The notes: generated by a model from the letters alone, not told the origin. A stretch of DNA of 64,000 bases from Octopus vulgaris (GCA_951406725.2 OX597822.1:72974001-73038000), one strand, 5' to 3'. Positions 1 to 14,772 are shown, counted from the stretch's first letter. Translations and numbers: made by a program.

Positions 1-510
1 GAAAATGTTCACTTGTATGTTTTCACTGAAAGAAGTTGCAGGTTAAACAATGATAATTTGCTTGAACTGAAGAATAAAAACTGGTTGGTTATTTTTGTAA
101 CTTCAAATACAAGGCATTCCATAATAAATCTAGAATAATTTAACTGTCAGTTCTAATATTAAATTGAAACAGACAGCGTTTAGGCACAGTCAATTGGGTA
201 GCGGTAAAATTCATGTGAAAAGAAATATTCTATGAAAATTTTTTAAGACGAAGTTATAATAATAACAGAATAGCTACGATAGTAGTTTGTACAAATGAAT
301 GATTGTGTTTGTATATTTAACAAATAAAATTAATTCGTCTCCTTCGCTGCATGACTTGGAAATTCAGCTGTCCATTTGTGTGTAGGGAACTCCACACACA
401 CACACACACATACACACACACACACACAAACACACACAAACAAATAAGCATAAATACATACAGCCATATATATATACGCATATATAAAGAAAGCAGTCTC
501 TCATATCTAT

Positions 511-588
<78 letters not shown>

Positions 589-714
589 GTCTGTCTGTAT
601 GTATGTATGTATGTATGTATGTCTGTCTGTCTTTCTATCTGTCTGTCTGTCTATCCATCTATCTATCTATCTATCAATCTATCTATCTATTTTATCTTTA
701 TTTTTATTTTTTAC

Positions 715-995
715 TTCTTTCAATCATAGGTCAGTGGCCATGCTGGGCTACTGCTTTGAAGAAGTTTAGTGTAAATCATTATTTTAAGCCTGGTGCTTAT
801 TCTATCAGTCTTTTTCCCGAACCGCTAAATTACGGGGAGGTAAACAAACCAATACCAGTTATCAAATTGTCGTGAGGTACAAACACACATACAATGACAC
901 ACACACACACGTATATAGATAGATAGATATACGACAGGCTTCCTTTAGTTTCCTTTTGCCAAATCTGCTCACAAAGTTTTGGCTGGCTCGGGGCT
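715..995 (-). mobile_element. tRNA-SINE (CORE-type) 3' part
   Basis: Reverse complement of the family seen at 27095-27400 (ccgaaccgctaa.ttacgggga.gtaaac, cacaa.g.tttgg.cggc.cggggcta). Confidence 0.6.
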
Positions 996-998
996 AAA

Positions 999-1044
<46 letters not shown>

Positions 1045-1056
1045 ATATATATATAT

Positions 1057-1316
1057 AATCGTCACTAAATGTGACTAAGGATGCCGATACATCGACATTG
1101 CTAGAAACAGGGGTAAGATACTCCTTGTCCTGTTGGAAGAGCGCAAATGTATACACATATTCTAGAAAGATTTTTGATTCGGTAATAGGGCGGTTTCTTC
1201 CCCTGTCAGCGCATATGTATATGTATATGCGGTCTTCCTATAGGACAAGGAGTTTCTTATTCCTACTTATAGCAATCTAGCTGTCTTGTCACGCTTACTG
1301 ACATCTAGCGACGACT
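1057..1316. repeat. Imperfect fold-back element next to (TA)n, no clear HHR
   Basis: aatcgtcactaaatgtgactaag pairs with cttactgacatctagcgacgact; gctag...ccttgtcctgttggaagagcgca pairs with tgcggtcttcctataggacaagg...tagc. Confidence 0.7.
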
Positions 1317-1553
1317 GAATTTTTCCTTTAGGATATTATAATGCGTCTAGGTGTTTATATTAGTTTTTTGTATACGCATTAGGATTCCGCTAAGTCATCC
1401 ATAAATTTCTATGGTAAATATATATATAAACTGACTGGCGGAATTATCCGACACCAACTGATCGGACAGCTCAGACTGACAAAGCGTATACGTGTATGTG
1501 TTCGTGCGTGTATGCACATATACATATGTCACACCCACACCACACACCCACGC

Positions 1554-1620
<67 letters not shown>

Positions 1621-1704
1621 CTAAAAAATTATTAATTTATAATTAATAAATTTCACCAAGTAGTTTCGATATGAACCGTATTAGGTAAAAACTTATACAA
1701 GAAG

Positions 1705-1767
<63 letters not shown>

Positions 1768-2499
1768 CTGCTTTTAAAAGAAGCTTATATAAAATCGTAT
1801 TTAACATTAAACTGGAAGGTTTTTATTAGAGTGCATAATTTTTTTAATTATTGCAAGGAAAATGTTGGTGGTGTCCTCGAAGTCAATATCAACATTTTCC
1901 TTGTAAAAATTAATTTAGATACATACATTTATATATATATATATATATATATATATCAATTAAATTTACCGTCGTGTAATCATAGTAAATCAATATTGAC
2001 ATTTAAAGAAAGGAAAGGCTACGATCGATATGAATAGATTAGAAATGGGGGTTGGCATTCCATTTTGAAAGGACATGCAATTGAAAGTGATGCGACCTCA
2101 TTTCCCATTCATGAATTTCGGTGTAATTACTAATACATGACGTGCCCAATAACATACACACGCACACACATGCACATACACGCACACACAAACACACACA
2201 CACACACACGCCCACGCCATCATATCCTGACTTCTATCTCGATCTCTCATTTCTCTATATATTATTTTGTTTATTTATGAGCTATCAATTTGCATCTTTG
2301 CAATTTCGTCTATTTCTATATATCAAACTCAGAGGTTCCCATTCTTTTTCAACAAGAATTATACAATCAACTGAATAAACCTGTTCATTGAATTGGAATG
2401 CATCCCACGGGCATGTCGACCTTTAGCGTAATTCTTACAGCATCACAAGGTTGGATAATTCAATTACAGGAACAATCCCACTCACGGTCTCAGCACATT

Positions 2500-2760
2500 T
2501 TATATAAATTCAATTTCTTGCATAAGTCTTCGGTTGACCAGTGTTTGTGATAAATGCCACTTGCACAATGTATTGCCCAGTGGGATGCAAGGTCATTACC
2601 TCCTGATCGCTAAGTTGACTTCTTGAGCCTTCAGCCTTACTACGAATGTCCATATGTGGTGCATGGTGACACACAGGATATAGCAAAAATTGCTTCCGAA
2701 AAATGGACACCCTCTTCAAGGTCAGAAAAGACATTTGATCTCTTATGGATTAGTTTGCTT
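2500..2760 (+). mobile_element. Possible Gypsy integrase C-terminal (GPY/F) remnant
   Basis: Translation SLQPYYECPYVV resembles the LQPPYxGPYxV motif; heavily degenerate. Confidence 0.3.
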
Positions 2761-3873
2761 TTTTTTTTTAGAAATGGAGGATGTTCTTGGGTAAACTTTG
2801 GACATCGATGAAAATCAACTGACTGGTCTGTTCCGGAGGGCATTCCGACTGGAGACAATGGGAAATTTTCACACATCCCTGGTCTGCCAGAACTACCATA
2901 AAGCGGATCAGTGGATGCCAGTTTGAGATAAAATCTACAGGCATGGAAGTATCGTCAGCTGGGCCTGTCGAAATGCACAGAGAACAACAAAACCATTTTA
3001 CATGCAGTCATCTAGTAGTTAAGAACTGTTGACTTATTGAATTATGTCTAACTGCTATCACTGACTCGATTGTGGAGATTTCTTTTGGCACGAAGCAGGT
3101 TTTTATCTGCTAGAAATACCACTATCTCTAGCGAAAGAAGCAGAAAGGGCTAAGTCCACACACTTTCCTCTTTGGTCAAGCCTTCAACAGCCTTTTGAAG
3201 ACTCATTTGAAAGGAGAATCAGAGTAGTCAAAACAGTTCTTGCCTCCTGCTCCGAGCAAAATTGTTGATAGAGGGCGAGTATGGTTCGAGTGAAGCGACG
3301 AATTCTGGCTATCTGGCTGTCAACTGGAGGCAGATAACGGCGGGAAGACACTTACTTTAGGGGTCAGGGTGCCCGCAGTTTTGTGGGATTTCCAACAGTA
3401 GCCCTCTAAAGTCTCTATTTTAGGGGGAATTTTCTTGTGTGAGTTTTCTTCTTTGTTATTGCTATTTTTATCGTCTGCACGTTTCATGTAACCCCATATC
3501 ATATTATATCATGTCATATTCTATTGCATCGTTTTATACCCTTCTCAATGTATTTGTAAACCATTAGTGGTTAGTAAACCCTTGAAGGCTTGTGGGTATT
3601 ATTAAGAATGGTGGAGAAAATGTCTTAGAGTACTTATCCAGGTTATTTTCTACGTTCAAATACCCTAAAGGTTCACTTTAACTTTCATCTGTCCGGTATT
3701 GATAAAATATAATATTACTAAAGTCGATATTATTGACTAACCCCATCAAAATTGATAATCTTGTGTCCAATTTAGAAAATAATTCTTTTATTAACGTTAA
3801 TTTTAAAAGCGCTAAAGTTACAAAACCATTACCACTACCGCCACCACCAATACCGCCGCCAATAACAAAAAAT

Positions 3874-3909
<36 letters not shown>

Positions 3910-3912
3910 AAC

Positions 3913-3967
<55 letters not shown>

Positions 3968-4226
3968 GAAAGTAATATGTGCAGGTTTGCAAAAGTAACA
4001 CGTAAATAATGGTTGAAAATAAACATGTGTTTATTTAGATATTAATTATCTTTTTAATAAATTTTAAAAAATAGAAATTTAATTAAAGTCGCAAGAGAGA
4101 AGCAATCTAAAAAAAAAAGTAGCTCATTAATTTCCAATTAAAAAGCGGAGAGAAAAATTACTTAATTTTTATGAATTTGGCAAAAACAGGGTCCTGGGGC
4201 GCGGGATGAGTGTGTGTGTGTGTGTG

Positions 4227-4281
<55 letters not shown>

Positions 4282-4616
4282 GTGTGTATAGTGCATATAT
4301 ATAGTGTGTGTGTGGATGTTCATATGAAACTTTATTAGATCTAGTGTGTGTTCTGTTCTAAATTCCTAGTTTGAAAGCATGAATTGCAGTTTAATGGAAA
4401 AAGTATTTTTCGTACTGTGCTTCTAAACTCGCCTAATAACAAATGCTTAATCGACTGATTATTCCATATATCTGGCTTCTTATTAGCTGTCAGTGTCCAA
4501 TATAAGGCTTCGCTGTGACAAATTCCATAAATGTGTGACTAAGATTGTTACTATTATTCACAAAATTTTGTAAAATAGTTTCGCTTTATCTCGGGAGGAT
4601 CATGATGTCAATAATA

Positions 4617-5863
4617 TCAGGTCATCCCATAAATTCTGTCCGATTTTACCTTTCTTTTAAGATTGAATGAAATTTAATAGTATTTTAGAATGTCTAATGG
4701 AATTAAAATTATTTTTATGAATTTGTGTATATTTAAACTAATTAAATATTATTTTACAGAATAATAGAATTAAAATTTCTTTGGTTAAAATCTTTTCTAA
4801 TATGGAAGTATCCAAAGAGCATTTAAGGCACATAATGCTTTATGAGTACAAAAAAGAAACTCTGCAGCCGATACGACTTGAAACATACACTCAGTTTATG
4901 GGAAGGAATGCTTGAATGAAAGAACTTGCAGAAGATGGTTTGCAAAATTCAGAAGTGGAGATTTCATCCTTGAAGATGAAGATCGAACAGGACGTCCAGT
5001 TGAGTTTGATGATAAGCTGCTTGGGGCATTACTTGAAGAAAATCCTGCGTTATCAGTTGAAGAATTGGCAATAAAGCTTAGTTCAAACCATACAACTGTA
5101 CATCGTCATCTTCAACAACTTGGAAAGGTTCCTAAACTTGGAAAATGAGGTACCTCATGAATTCTCCAAAAGCAACTGCAAACTCATTTCACCCTTTTTG
5201 GATAAACATATGAATGATGACAAAAAATGGATCTATCGAAATGTTAAATGTCGTAAACCGTGGCTTGGTAAAAGGGAAAAAGATTAACCACAACCGAGAA
5301 GAAAACTTCATGGGGAAAAGGTTCTTCTCTCTAACTGGTGCGATTGCAAAGGAGTAATTCACTTTGAATTGTTACCACCTAATGCAACAATCAATACTCA
5401 AGTCTACTGACAGCAATTAGAGCGTTTGAACCAAGCTTTGAAGAAAAAAAACCCTGCTTTAGTGAATCAAAAAGGAGTGATCTTTCATCAGGGCAATGTG
5501 AGACCCCACACTGCAAAGATCACATCACAGAAGATCGAAGAGCTTGGTTGGGAAAAAAATTCTCATCCACATTATTCTCCAGACCTTGCTCCTTCAGACT
5601 ACCATTTGCTTCGTAGTTTACAGAATCATTTGGGGGACATAACTTTCGCAAGCCAGGAGGAGGTCGAAACTGACATTCCAGTGTTCTTCGCTTTGAAACC
5701 AAAACAGTTTTATATTGATGGGATTAAAAAGCTTGTAAATAGCTGGAAGGAAGTCTTAGATAATCAGGGAAAGTACATTGATGATTAAATTTCAATTAAA
5801 TATAACATTTGATCACTTGTTTTCTTTATTCAAAATTCGAACAGATCTTATGGGATGACCTGA
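4617..5863 (+). mobile_element. Full-length mariner (Tc1/mariner, DD34D type) DNA transposon
   Basis: TIRs tcaggtcatcccataa..tctgt.cga.ttt at 4617 and inverted ending at 5863, both flanked by TA; length about 1.25 kb. Confidence 0.95.
4802..5788 (+). pseudogene. Mariner transposase pseudogene
   Basis: ATG at 4802 (MEVSKEHLRHIMLYEY); HTH region RRWFAKFRSGDFILEDEDRTGRP; WVPHEL motif broken by tga and a frameshift; HQGNVRPH (catalytic D changed to G); YSPDLAPSDY; split over several frames. Confidence 0.9.
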
Positions 5864-6185
5864 TAAAAATACACACACTCATTCTATCTCATTTCTTTAT
5901 TTTTGTTATTTAACTAAGCAGTTGTCTACTCGATTGTTTGATTAATCGTTCCGTCAATCAATCAACCTATCACTTAAGTTTGTCAAAGTCATTTCGTCTC
6001 TATTCGCTCTCCTTATCAATGACATGTCCTCTTTACTCCAGCTCTGCTTCTGGTTTTTCTGTCTCCATATAGTCATATAGAAATGCAAGTGAAGCCCGTT
6101 TCTATCGCTTATCAAAGAAATGGAAGAATTGTTCTTGTATCTACTACACATACTATACGAATGGAAGACCCACTTCAGTAGTGAA

Positions 6186-6445
6186 GGCACATGGCTCAGT
6201 GGTAAGGGCGTCGGGCGCACCAACGTTAGTTCAAATGCCGGGCCAGGCCGTGTGTTGTTTTCTTGAGCGAGACACTCGCTCCAGTGCACGTTGCTCCAGT
6301 TCACTCAGCTGTAAAAATGAGTTGTGACACCAGCGGTGCCAAGTCATATTGAACTTTACCTTACCTCTGGTTAACATTAAAGATATCTATGGGTGACTGC
6401 TGGCCTTTCACAAACAGCCTTGCCCAGTATTGTGCCCAGTCTTGT
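6186..6445 (+). mobile_element. tRNA-headed CORE-type SINE
   Basis: A box tggctcagtggt, B box gttcaaatgc, core cttgagc.agacact...cagctgtaaaaatgag. Confidence 0.6.
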
Positions 6446-6449
6446 GTAA

Positions 6450-6830
6450 GGCGGCGAGCTGGCATACACGTTAGCACGCCGGGTGAAATGTTTAGTGGTA
6501 TTTTGTCTGCCGCTACGTTCTGAGTTCAAATTCCGACTTCGCCTTTCGTTTTCTCAGGGCCGATAAAATTAGTACCGGTTGCATACTGGAGTCGATCTAA
6601 TCGACTGGCCCCGCCCCAAAAATTTCGGGCCTTGTGTCTAGAGTAGCAAAGAATTTATATAGGGCAGCGAGCTGGTAGAAATGTTAGCACGCCAGGCGAA
6701 TTGCTTAGCGGTATTTCGTCTGCCGCTACGTTCTGAGTTCAAATTTCGGTATCGATAAATTAAGTACCAGTTGCGTACTGGGGTCGATCTAATCAAATGG
6801 CCCCCTCCCTCAAAATTTTGTGCCTTGTGC
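6450..6830 (+). mobile_element. Two tandem tRNA-SINEs with Meta-like core
   Basis: Two heads ggc.gcgagctgg...gttagcacgcc; B box gagttcaaattcc; core cgataaa.ttaagtaccagttgc.tactgg.gtcgat. Confidence 0.8.
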
Positions 6831-7269
6831 TTTGAGTATGTGTGCGTATGTGTGTTCATGTGTGTGTGCGTGTGTGAGCATGTGCACATGTGTGCTAGTT
6901 TGTGTATGAATGTGCATGTGTGTGCGTGTGTGCCTGTATGTGTGTGTGCGTGTGTATGTGTATCAAGGTATGCATGTGTGTGTGTGAGTGTGTGTGTAAG
7001 TCAGCTACCTGGTAGACATTTTGGCAGGTCCTGTGAAATGCTTAACAGCTTTACATCCTTCTTTATGTTCTGAGTTCAGACTCTGTACGGGTTGACTGTC
7101 TTTTATCCTTTCAGGGTCGATAAAATATGCACCAGTCGAGTATTGGGGGTCGATGTAACTGACGTAACTCCTATCAACAAACTGCTGGCATTTTGCTAAA
7201 TTTCAAACAAAATTATATATATATGTGTTTGCGCGTGTGTGTTTGCGTTCGTGAGTATGTGTATACAGG

Positions 7270-7335
<66 letters not shown>

Positions 7336-7939
7336 CATATACAGACACGTGTTTGTGTATGTGTTGTCCGTCTGTGCGTGTTAGTGTTTGTGAGTGTATG
7401 TGTATGCTGATATTTATTCTAAGATTGAATTTGGGCCAGTTTACTACATCAGACAAAACCTAAACGGACTAACAGTGAAAGGTTAGGTTTATAACAGAGA
7501 TGCTGTTGCAGATGATGATTGTGCTGACAATGTTGGATGGTTTGGTTGGTTCCTTCACAAGACTCACAGACTGTCTACATGCATGAGTACACACGAGAGG
7601 CATTGACGTAATTTAACAATTATGGCAAAGCCAATGTAAGAATGACAACACGATTGGCGATAAACAGCCACTGCAACAAACATCAAACAACAACTGAACC
7701 TGAATGTAATCCTAATATTTGGAAACCTGATAATGTTGATTATATTTAGAATCAGCAAAATCGCAGATCAAAGCTATTCAGTGCAGCAATCAACAGCATA
7801 CAATTGGCCAACAATTTGTCTGCACTCTGTGAGCAATGTTGCATTACCTACCTTCTTTCTTTTTTCTTTCTTTCTTTATTATGTATGTATGTATGCATGT
7901 ATGTATGTATGTATGTATGTATGTATGTATGTATGTATG

Positions 7940-7970
<31 letters not shown>

Positions 7971-9169
7971 TGTGTGTGTGGCTGGGATTTCGTTATGGCA
8001 ATTACACATACAAAACTATTATACTAATTACAGATATAGCGCAGATTTATGCACAACTGTGTTTGGCGATAGATGAATAGGTCTACATACACACATTTAT
8101 CTACATGAACATGTGTATGTGTATATATGTGTACGCGTACGTGTGTGTGTGTGTGTGTTTGTACATGTATAGGTATTTATACATTTACAAAACATTCCAT
8201 ATTTACGTGTATATATATTTCTTTCTCATTCTTTCTCTTTCTCTCCCTCTTTCTTTCTCCCTCTCTTTCTCCCTTCCTCGGATTATATATATTATATGCA
8301 GTGCGTCAGCTACCTGAGAATAAACCTTTTAAGAAGCATTAGTAGCCCGAAGCATTAGTAGCAGTCATCTAGAGTCTTCATGACTGTTATCATTGAGGGT
8401 CTCTCCTGTTGGGAGCACACCTTAAAATAGACAGGTCTCTTCCTCTCAGGGCTACCATTGAGTCCCACGGTATTGTGTTGAACCGACATCTGAGATATTA
8501 CTGTTGATGCGAACACAAGCATCCCAAACGACATCCGGAAAAAGACCACTCGGCTGATTCCATTGAATCACTCACCGACACGCTCTAGCCTCTAGCCCAC
8601 AAACTTCCTGCCTCCATTCTTTGCCTTTTCTACTGTAATTGTGATGGCCTCTGTCCCTGGGTTCCTAAGTGCTGCAGTGCCACTTCCATTTAGGAACATT
8701 TGGTTTTGTCCTCTCTTCTCCTCATTCACGCTGTCTTCCCTAACCACAGATCTCTGTACTTCTTTCCCAAAATGGTATCAAATGATATTATTTTTTCTCA
8801 GCCTTCTCGCAGATGTCAAATTGCAACCTTTCAAATGTAACGTTAGCGGTATTAGTTTCAACCGGACTTTGAGAGCTTGTCAAGGCCCTTGATATTACTT
8901 CTTTCACTAGCCCAACAAATAAAAAAAAATTCATATAATTATAAGCTTGGCTGAAATGTGTACCTCATTATATAAACGAAAATTGGAGGAAATAGCTTCA
9001 AAATAATTTAAGTATGGATATTGAGCTAAATTAAGACAATCTACAAAAATACAATTTTGTTGCTTCTTTAGGGGAACGCTAAAGGCTGAATTATTTTCAA
9101 AACTTAGCTTTTTTATGCTTCAGTAGAACATTTAGATTGATATCGAAGAGAATTGAATTATATCTACTG

Positions 9170-9660
9170 CGATATATTTACTGACAACAGATAGAGAACA
9201 TTTGTCAAATAAACTATAGAAAATATTTAGCCTTAGAAGATGAAGTTTAGAACTGCAATAAATGGAGGTTATATTATCGAATTTCCGCTTTTTTAATTTA
9301 AAATTCTTATCTTAACAATGGCTTTGCACTTCGTTTGAACTCTACTTATCTTGAGTTCGAGAACTCTTACAGAGAGTCGACATAAGTTGTGACAGGGCTC
9401 GAAATTCCGGGTCAATTGTAAAGCCGATTACAATTATAGTTATTAAGTAGTTTAGTGTTTATCTCTGCCATACATCATTGATGTTTTATAATATAGTGAT
9501 TCAGAAGTACAATGCCAGCAGATGATAACTCCTAATTCATGTTTTATACTAAAATTCCTATCTTTTTTTCTCCACTGAAGCTACATCAATGAGGAAGTTG
9601 GCTCATGTTCTTATCTATTATCTGGGTTACAGAAAAGTGGGTACTTTACAAGAGTATCTC
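9170..9660 (+). mobile_element. Possible highly decayed mariner fragment
   Basis: FLSIIWVTEKWVLYK resembles the FLxRIVTGDEKWVLY motif; an upstream SLEDE-like codon run; no TIRs found. Confidence 0.3.
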
Positions 9661-11126
9661 TAAAAACTACGTACAGCTCTTCTATCGATTCCCGCAATCA
9701 AGATACGCTGTAAACAATACTCCTAATAAAGCCACCATATTCTATACTACCTTCCTTTGCAGTTACCTACTAAACCGCACCCTGAACTAAACACTTCTCT
9801 AACATATTTGCTGCATGAACTTACGTATACATGAACTAAAAACATATCTAGTTACTGGAAAAGGCGATAAAAACTGAAGTTTCTTCTGCCTATGGCTCAG
9901 TGAATCTGCACTTGGAGTCTTTCTTCAGTAAAAGCTTCAACCTTTATATGTCTTCCGATAAATACCCCACCTATAAAAATAGAAGTTCTTTAGAATATAT
10001 CCCATAAAATGCAACTTAACTGACACTCCCAAATTTCCAGTACATTAAACGTAATAGTGGCCACTTTTTAAACCGTCTTCCCTGCGACCACTAGTCTAAA
10101 TCTTTTGCCTTGCCAGCCGATAAATTGCCAAAACATTCATCACTTACAATATATATTTACGACTAAACCGACTTGCTGAATTCTCCCTTATTTATTCGAC
10201 ACTTTCTCCTTCTCTGCACTAATAGGCTACTTATGTCCCTCAATCCATACATTACGCATTATGGAGTGTGCGTATGTGTGTGTGAGTTTCGATTAAAACA
10301 TTTTGTTCTCACCCAAGAATGTTGGCAGTGATTAGTGGTGGATTAAATTGACCTAAGTCTCAACTAGTATTCTATTTCAATAACCCCGTGAGAGTGAAAG
10401 GCAACCCGGATTTGAACACAGAATGTAAAGGTGTAGAATATATATCACCAGGCATTTTCTTGGAAGCTTTATTCTCAGATTCTGCCGATCCACTGCCCTT
10501 GTCTTCGTGCGTTTGTAATTAATCGATATTTGTCAAATTAAAATACAGCTATTTTTAAAACACTATTCGGTTGTGTGTGCATCCTGAGTGAATAAATTAA
10601 ATAAATAAATTTTCACAACGTAATGCCTACTGTTTCTTGAAGTAGAAATATTAAATTTCTACTTTTACTTTCCATCTGTCCACCCTTCGGCTTTAAATTA
10701 TCCCGTGTACCCGTATAATGTATTACCGCGGTCAGATGTCTGATCACGTTTCTCATAAAACGAGAAATAATCGGAAATCGGAGAAGCAATAAAAACAGTG
10801 ATTTCAAAACACAAACAAAAACAACTACAAAATTCGTGGAGGAATTCTAGAAGATTCGAATGTAAGAATGAGACAATAACAGAACTTCTAAATATAAACT
10901 CGACATTATCTCAATTCTCCAAGTCACTTACTTTTAGATTTATTAATAATTGTCCATGATGGCAGCTGGGTGAAACGGTGGAACAAAATATATTTTTATA
11001 CAAACCTGAGAAATACACAAATGCACCTAGCAATGCAGAGAATGTCTCACAAGAAATGGCTTGAAATAGAAAATTATTATTAATATATTTGTTATTGTAC
11101 GTTGAATAATAATAATCGTTTCTGTT

Positions 11127-11920
11127 AAATGCACAAGGCCTGAAATTTAGGGGAGGGGACTAGTCGATTACATTGACCCCAATATTTCAGTGGTACTTAA
11201 TTTATCGACCCCTAAAAGATGAAAGGCAAAGTCGGCCTCGGCGGAATTTGAACTCAGAACGCAGCCGCTGACTAAATACTTATTTCTTTACTACCCAGAA
11301 GGGGCTAAATACAGAGAGGACAAACAAGGACAGACAAACGGATTAAGTCGATTATATCGACTCCAGTGCGTAACTGGTACTAAATTTATCGACCCCGAAA
11401 GGATGAAAGGCAAAGTCGACCTCGGCGGAATTTGAACTCAGAACGTAACGGCAGACGAAATACGGCTACGAATTTCGCCCGGCGTGCTAACGTTCGGCCA
11501 GCTCGCCGCCTTAACAACAAGAACAACGACAAGAAGAAGAAGAAGAAGAAGAAGAAGAAGAAGAAGAAGAAGAAGAAGAAGAAGAAGAAGAAGAAGAAGA
11601 AGAAGAAGAAGAAGAAGAAGAATCGGATTTTATTTGACACAAGGGCAAATATTAAAGGGATATTAAAAGAAATATATATTAGAAATAATTTTAACACAAG
11701 ACCTCAGGGCGTCGAGGCCACAAGACTAAGGTTTTGAGTGGAGCGGCTACGTCGATTAAATCTACCCCAGTACTTTCCTGGCGCTTTATTGTTATCGACT
11801 CCCAAAGGATAAAAACCAAAGCTGACTGTGTTGCAATTTGAACTCAGAACCTAAAGAATTGGAAGAAATGCCGCTAAGCGTTTTTCCCTGAAGTTAAATA
11901 CCCTGCCAGCTCGAACCCTT
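11127..11920 (-). mobile_element. Cluster of three Meta-core tRNA-SINE copies with a (AAG)n tract
   Basis: Repeated atcgacccc.aaaggatgaaaggcaaagtcgacctcggcggaatttgaactcagaac; head end cagctcgccgcc at about 11510; (AAG)n at 11531-11620. Confidence 0.85.
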
Positions 11921-13186
11921 CGTATCAATAAACTATAAGCACAATGCCTGGAGGGAACTGATTGATTATATCTCTCACAGTGCTCAACTAGTATGTTTTT
12001 ATCTCCTCAAATTCCACAAATTCTTCTATATATTCTTCTCATTCTCATTCATGTCATTCAGCTGATCCATTAGTTTCTAGCTCTTAAATAAGGCAACACT
12101 AATGTTCAAACTCTCCCTTATATAGGCTCCTTTATGTTATGCGAATACCAGCATCTTGCTTGCAGTCTGAATTTATTCTTCTTCCCTACTATTTTATTTA
12201 TTCATTTCTTATTCACCTCGACAGTTTCCAAACCACTTTTGTCTTCATCCTCTCCTCATCTTTGCATGACAAACGGAGTACAAATGCTGCTTACTTATTC
12301 TTGTAGATCCCATGCTGGAGTGGGGAAATCTGTTACTTTCTAATTGCTTAACTTCAGTGCCCTCTAGTGCTCGTGTAATATTGCGGATGAGGTAATCCTA
12401 CTTGTCTTTTTTTGTTTATCGTTATCAGTTTTTGGGGGGTTATTTTTTGCGATTTAGTTTTCCTTTCCTCGTGCCTAGAAGATACTTTATATAACCCTTA
12501 CTGTACCAAACCGAACTTTCCACGTTGCGACAATTTGATGGATTGCTTTTCCGCACCTTCAATGACATATATCTCCGGTATAGGTTTATGGACTGAACAG
12601 GTAATTAAGAAACGGTGTACTGGTAAACTACACAAACCTTTCTTGTTCTAGATCAATTCCGCGCACACTCTCAGCCTATAATGTGCCAGAGAGAAAACAG
12701 TAAGTGCAGAGTTAGTATCTGTATTAACATAGCTGGTTGTGACCCAAATAATACTTTACATCATATGCTGCAGCACCAATCTTTAGGCCGGCGTCCTGCA
12801 CACGAGCTATGCCTACCTTCTCACATTGTTCTTAGTATTAAACACCTATGCACTTTTTCATATACTTCTCCGAAGTCGAGTGAACACACATTCTACCGCA
12901 CATCGGTCAAGTTTCTTCCCATATAATTTTTGAAAAGCATATGCAAAACTTCTTCATTGTTGGAAAAAGTTATGCACTTTACCTTCCACCTTGCCCTTCC
13001 TGATGTAAATTTTGAGGAAAATAGTTTTGTATTTATTGATCTCCCTCCACTAAGTGATTAGTTTTTCCTTTCAGCTAGTTTAATTGAAGGCGCTTCTCAT
13101 GACCCACTATGCTCACGAAAGATAAATTGGAATTATTCTCAGCAGTGTTGTTGCTACTGTTGTTGGTCATACCACATGTGTATATA

Positions 13187-13314
<128 letters not shown>

Positions 13315-14734
13315 CGTATGTATGTAATACACACACACATTTATTTTTCAATTAATTTTTTCTACACTGTTCTATTTTTTACGTTTTTGCACCCCTTCGG
13401 ACATATGTACTCTTTGTTTAATTTTCCCATTGTCTTCTTTTTCTTTAATCTATCTCCCTGTTTCAAATTAATTGGCGTGCTATTTGCATACGTTATCAGG
13501 CTTCTACTTTAACTACAGTGATGAGCGCTTCACTCTTCTACTTCTCTAGGTGTTAGGCTGAGAAAGTGAGTCAATAGAATATCAAATGGCCGAAAGCAGA
13601 AATATACACAATTAGATAAAACAATGTCAAGACAAAGTTCTCCGCATCGGGGAATTGGGGCCGATTCTTAATTAATCCGAAAGCCTTTTGTAATGTACGA
13701 GAAAATGAAAAAAGGTGAAAATGAAAAGTTGAAAAAGATAGATTTTTTTTATTTTTAGTAAGTAATGGTAGAATAGTTAAGTTTTTTTTTTCCTGGGACT
13801 ATTTAAAGCAACACTAACAGCAGAAACAACAAACTAATAATAACGGTTATAATTTAAGCACTCGGTCAGTAATTTTAGGTGGAGCAAATTGGATCCGGTA
13901 GCTGATCCCTAATCCTTGAACGGTAAAGTTTACCTCAGCGGATTTGAGTCCAAATACTGAAAAACATGTCTCTTTTTCCGCCAATTTTTTCCATTCCACC
14001 ATTTCCGCCATTTCTCCGATTTCCTCACGATTCTACCATTTCCCAACATTTGTAGTTGGGAAATGGCAGAATGTTGGTATTGCCACCAACTTTATAAAAT
14101 ATTGATGTTGGTGGCAGTGCCGAATGCAGTTTCAACGGCCTTTTTTTTATTTTTATAAACTGTTGTCGTCGTCGTTATCGTCTTTGCTGCTGTTTAAACT
14201 CCTGACCATCTCTGATCAAACATGCATTTGACCGCCTGACCTTTATGTTGTTTTGCAGTTAAAGTGGTAATTAGGGTCACGGCAATATATGCAAGCAATC
14301 TCTGCATCTAAATTACATACATGTTCATATACATTCTACACGCATGCATACGTACTTACATACAAATATATACAGATACGTAGGTAATTAGATATGCAAA
14401 TATACACACCACGCACATACAGCAACATTATGGCCGACTGATGAATGCAATCACACAGTACACCACCCAAAGAGAGGGCTGCGTGATGCTTATAAAATGA
14501 GCTTTAATCTTATTTAATTGATATACAAATGTAGTAGACTCTACGCACTTCTAACATGGGTGTATATTCAACGGTTCTATCGTGGATTTTCCGCATATGT
14601 TTGTGTGTGTTTGTGTGAGTGTGTGTGTGGCTGTATGGTAAGTAACTTGCTTCCGAAAAATATGGTTCTGAGTTCAGTCCCACAAACCAAAGCATTGTGA
14701 GTGGATTTGGTAGACGGAAACCGAAAGAAGTCCG

Positions 14735-14766
<32 letters not shown>

Positions 14767-14772
<6 letters not shown>

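Noticed and set aside
1195-1215. HHR on the minus strand (ctgacag...gaaac)
   Set aside because: The core deviates and no stem I, stem II or NUH could be formed.
3678-4026. Poly-N/poly-L ORF with a proline run
   Set aside because: (AAC)n(AAT)n microsatellite.
7560-7850. Promoter or enhancer (TGACGTAA, CCAAT motifs)
   Set aside because: Short motifs are expected by chance; no linked gene or conservation data.
8340-8900. Possible LINE ORF1 zinc-knuckle remnant (also 12400-13000)
   Set aside because: Only a faint RRPxCF-like resemblance; too degenerate to call.
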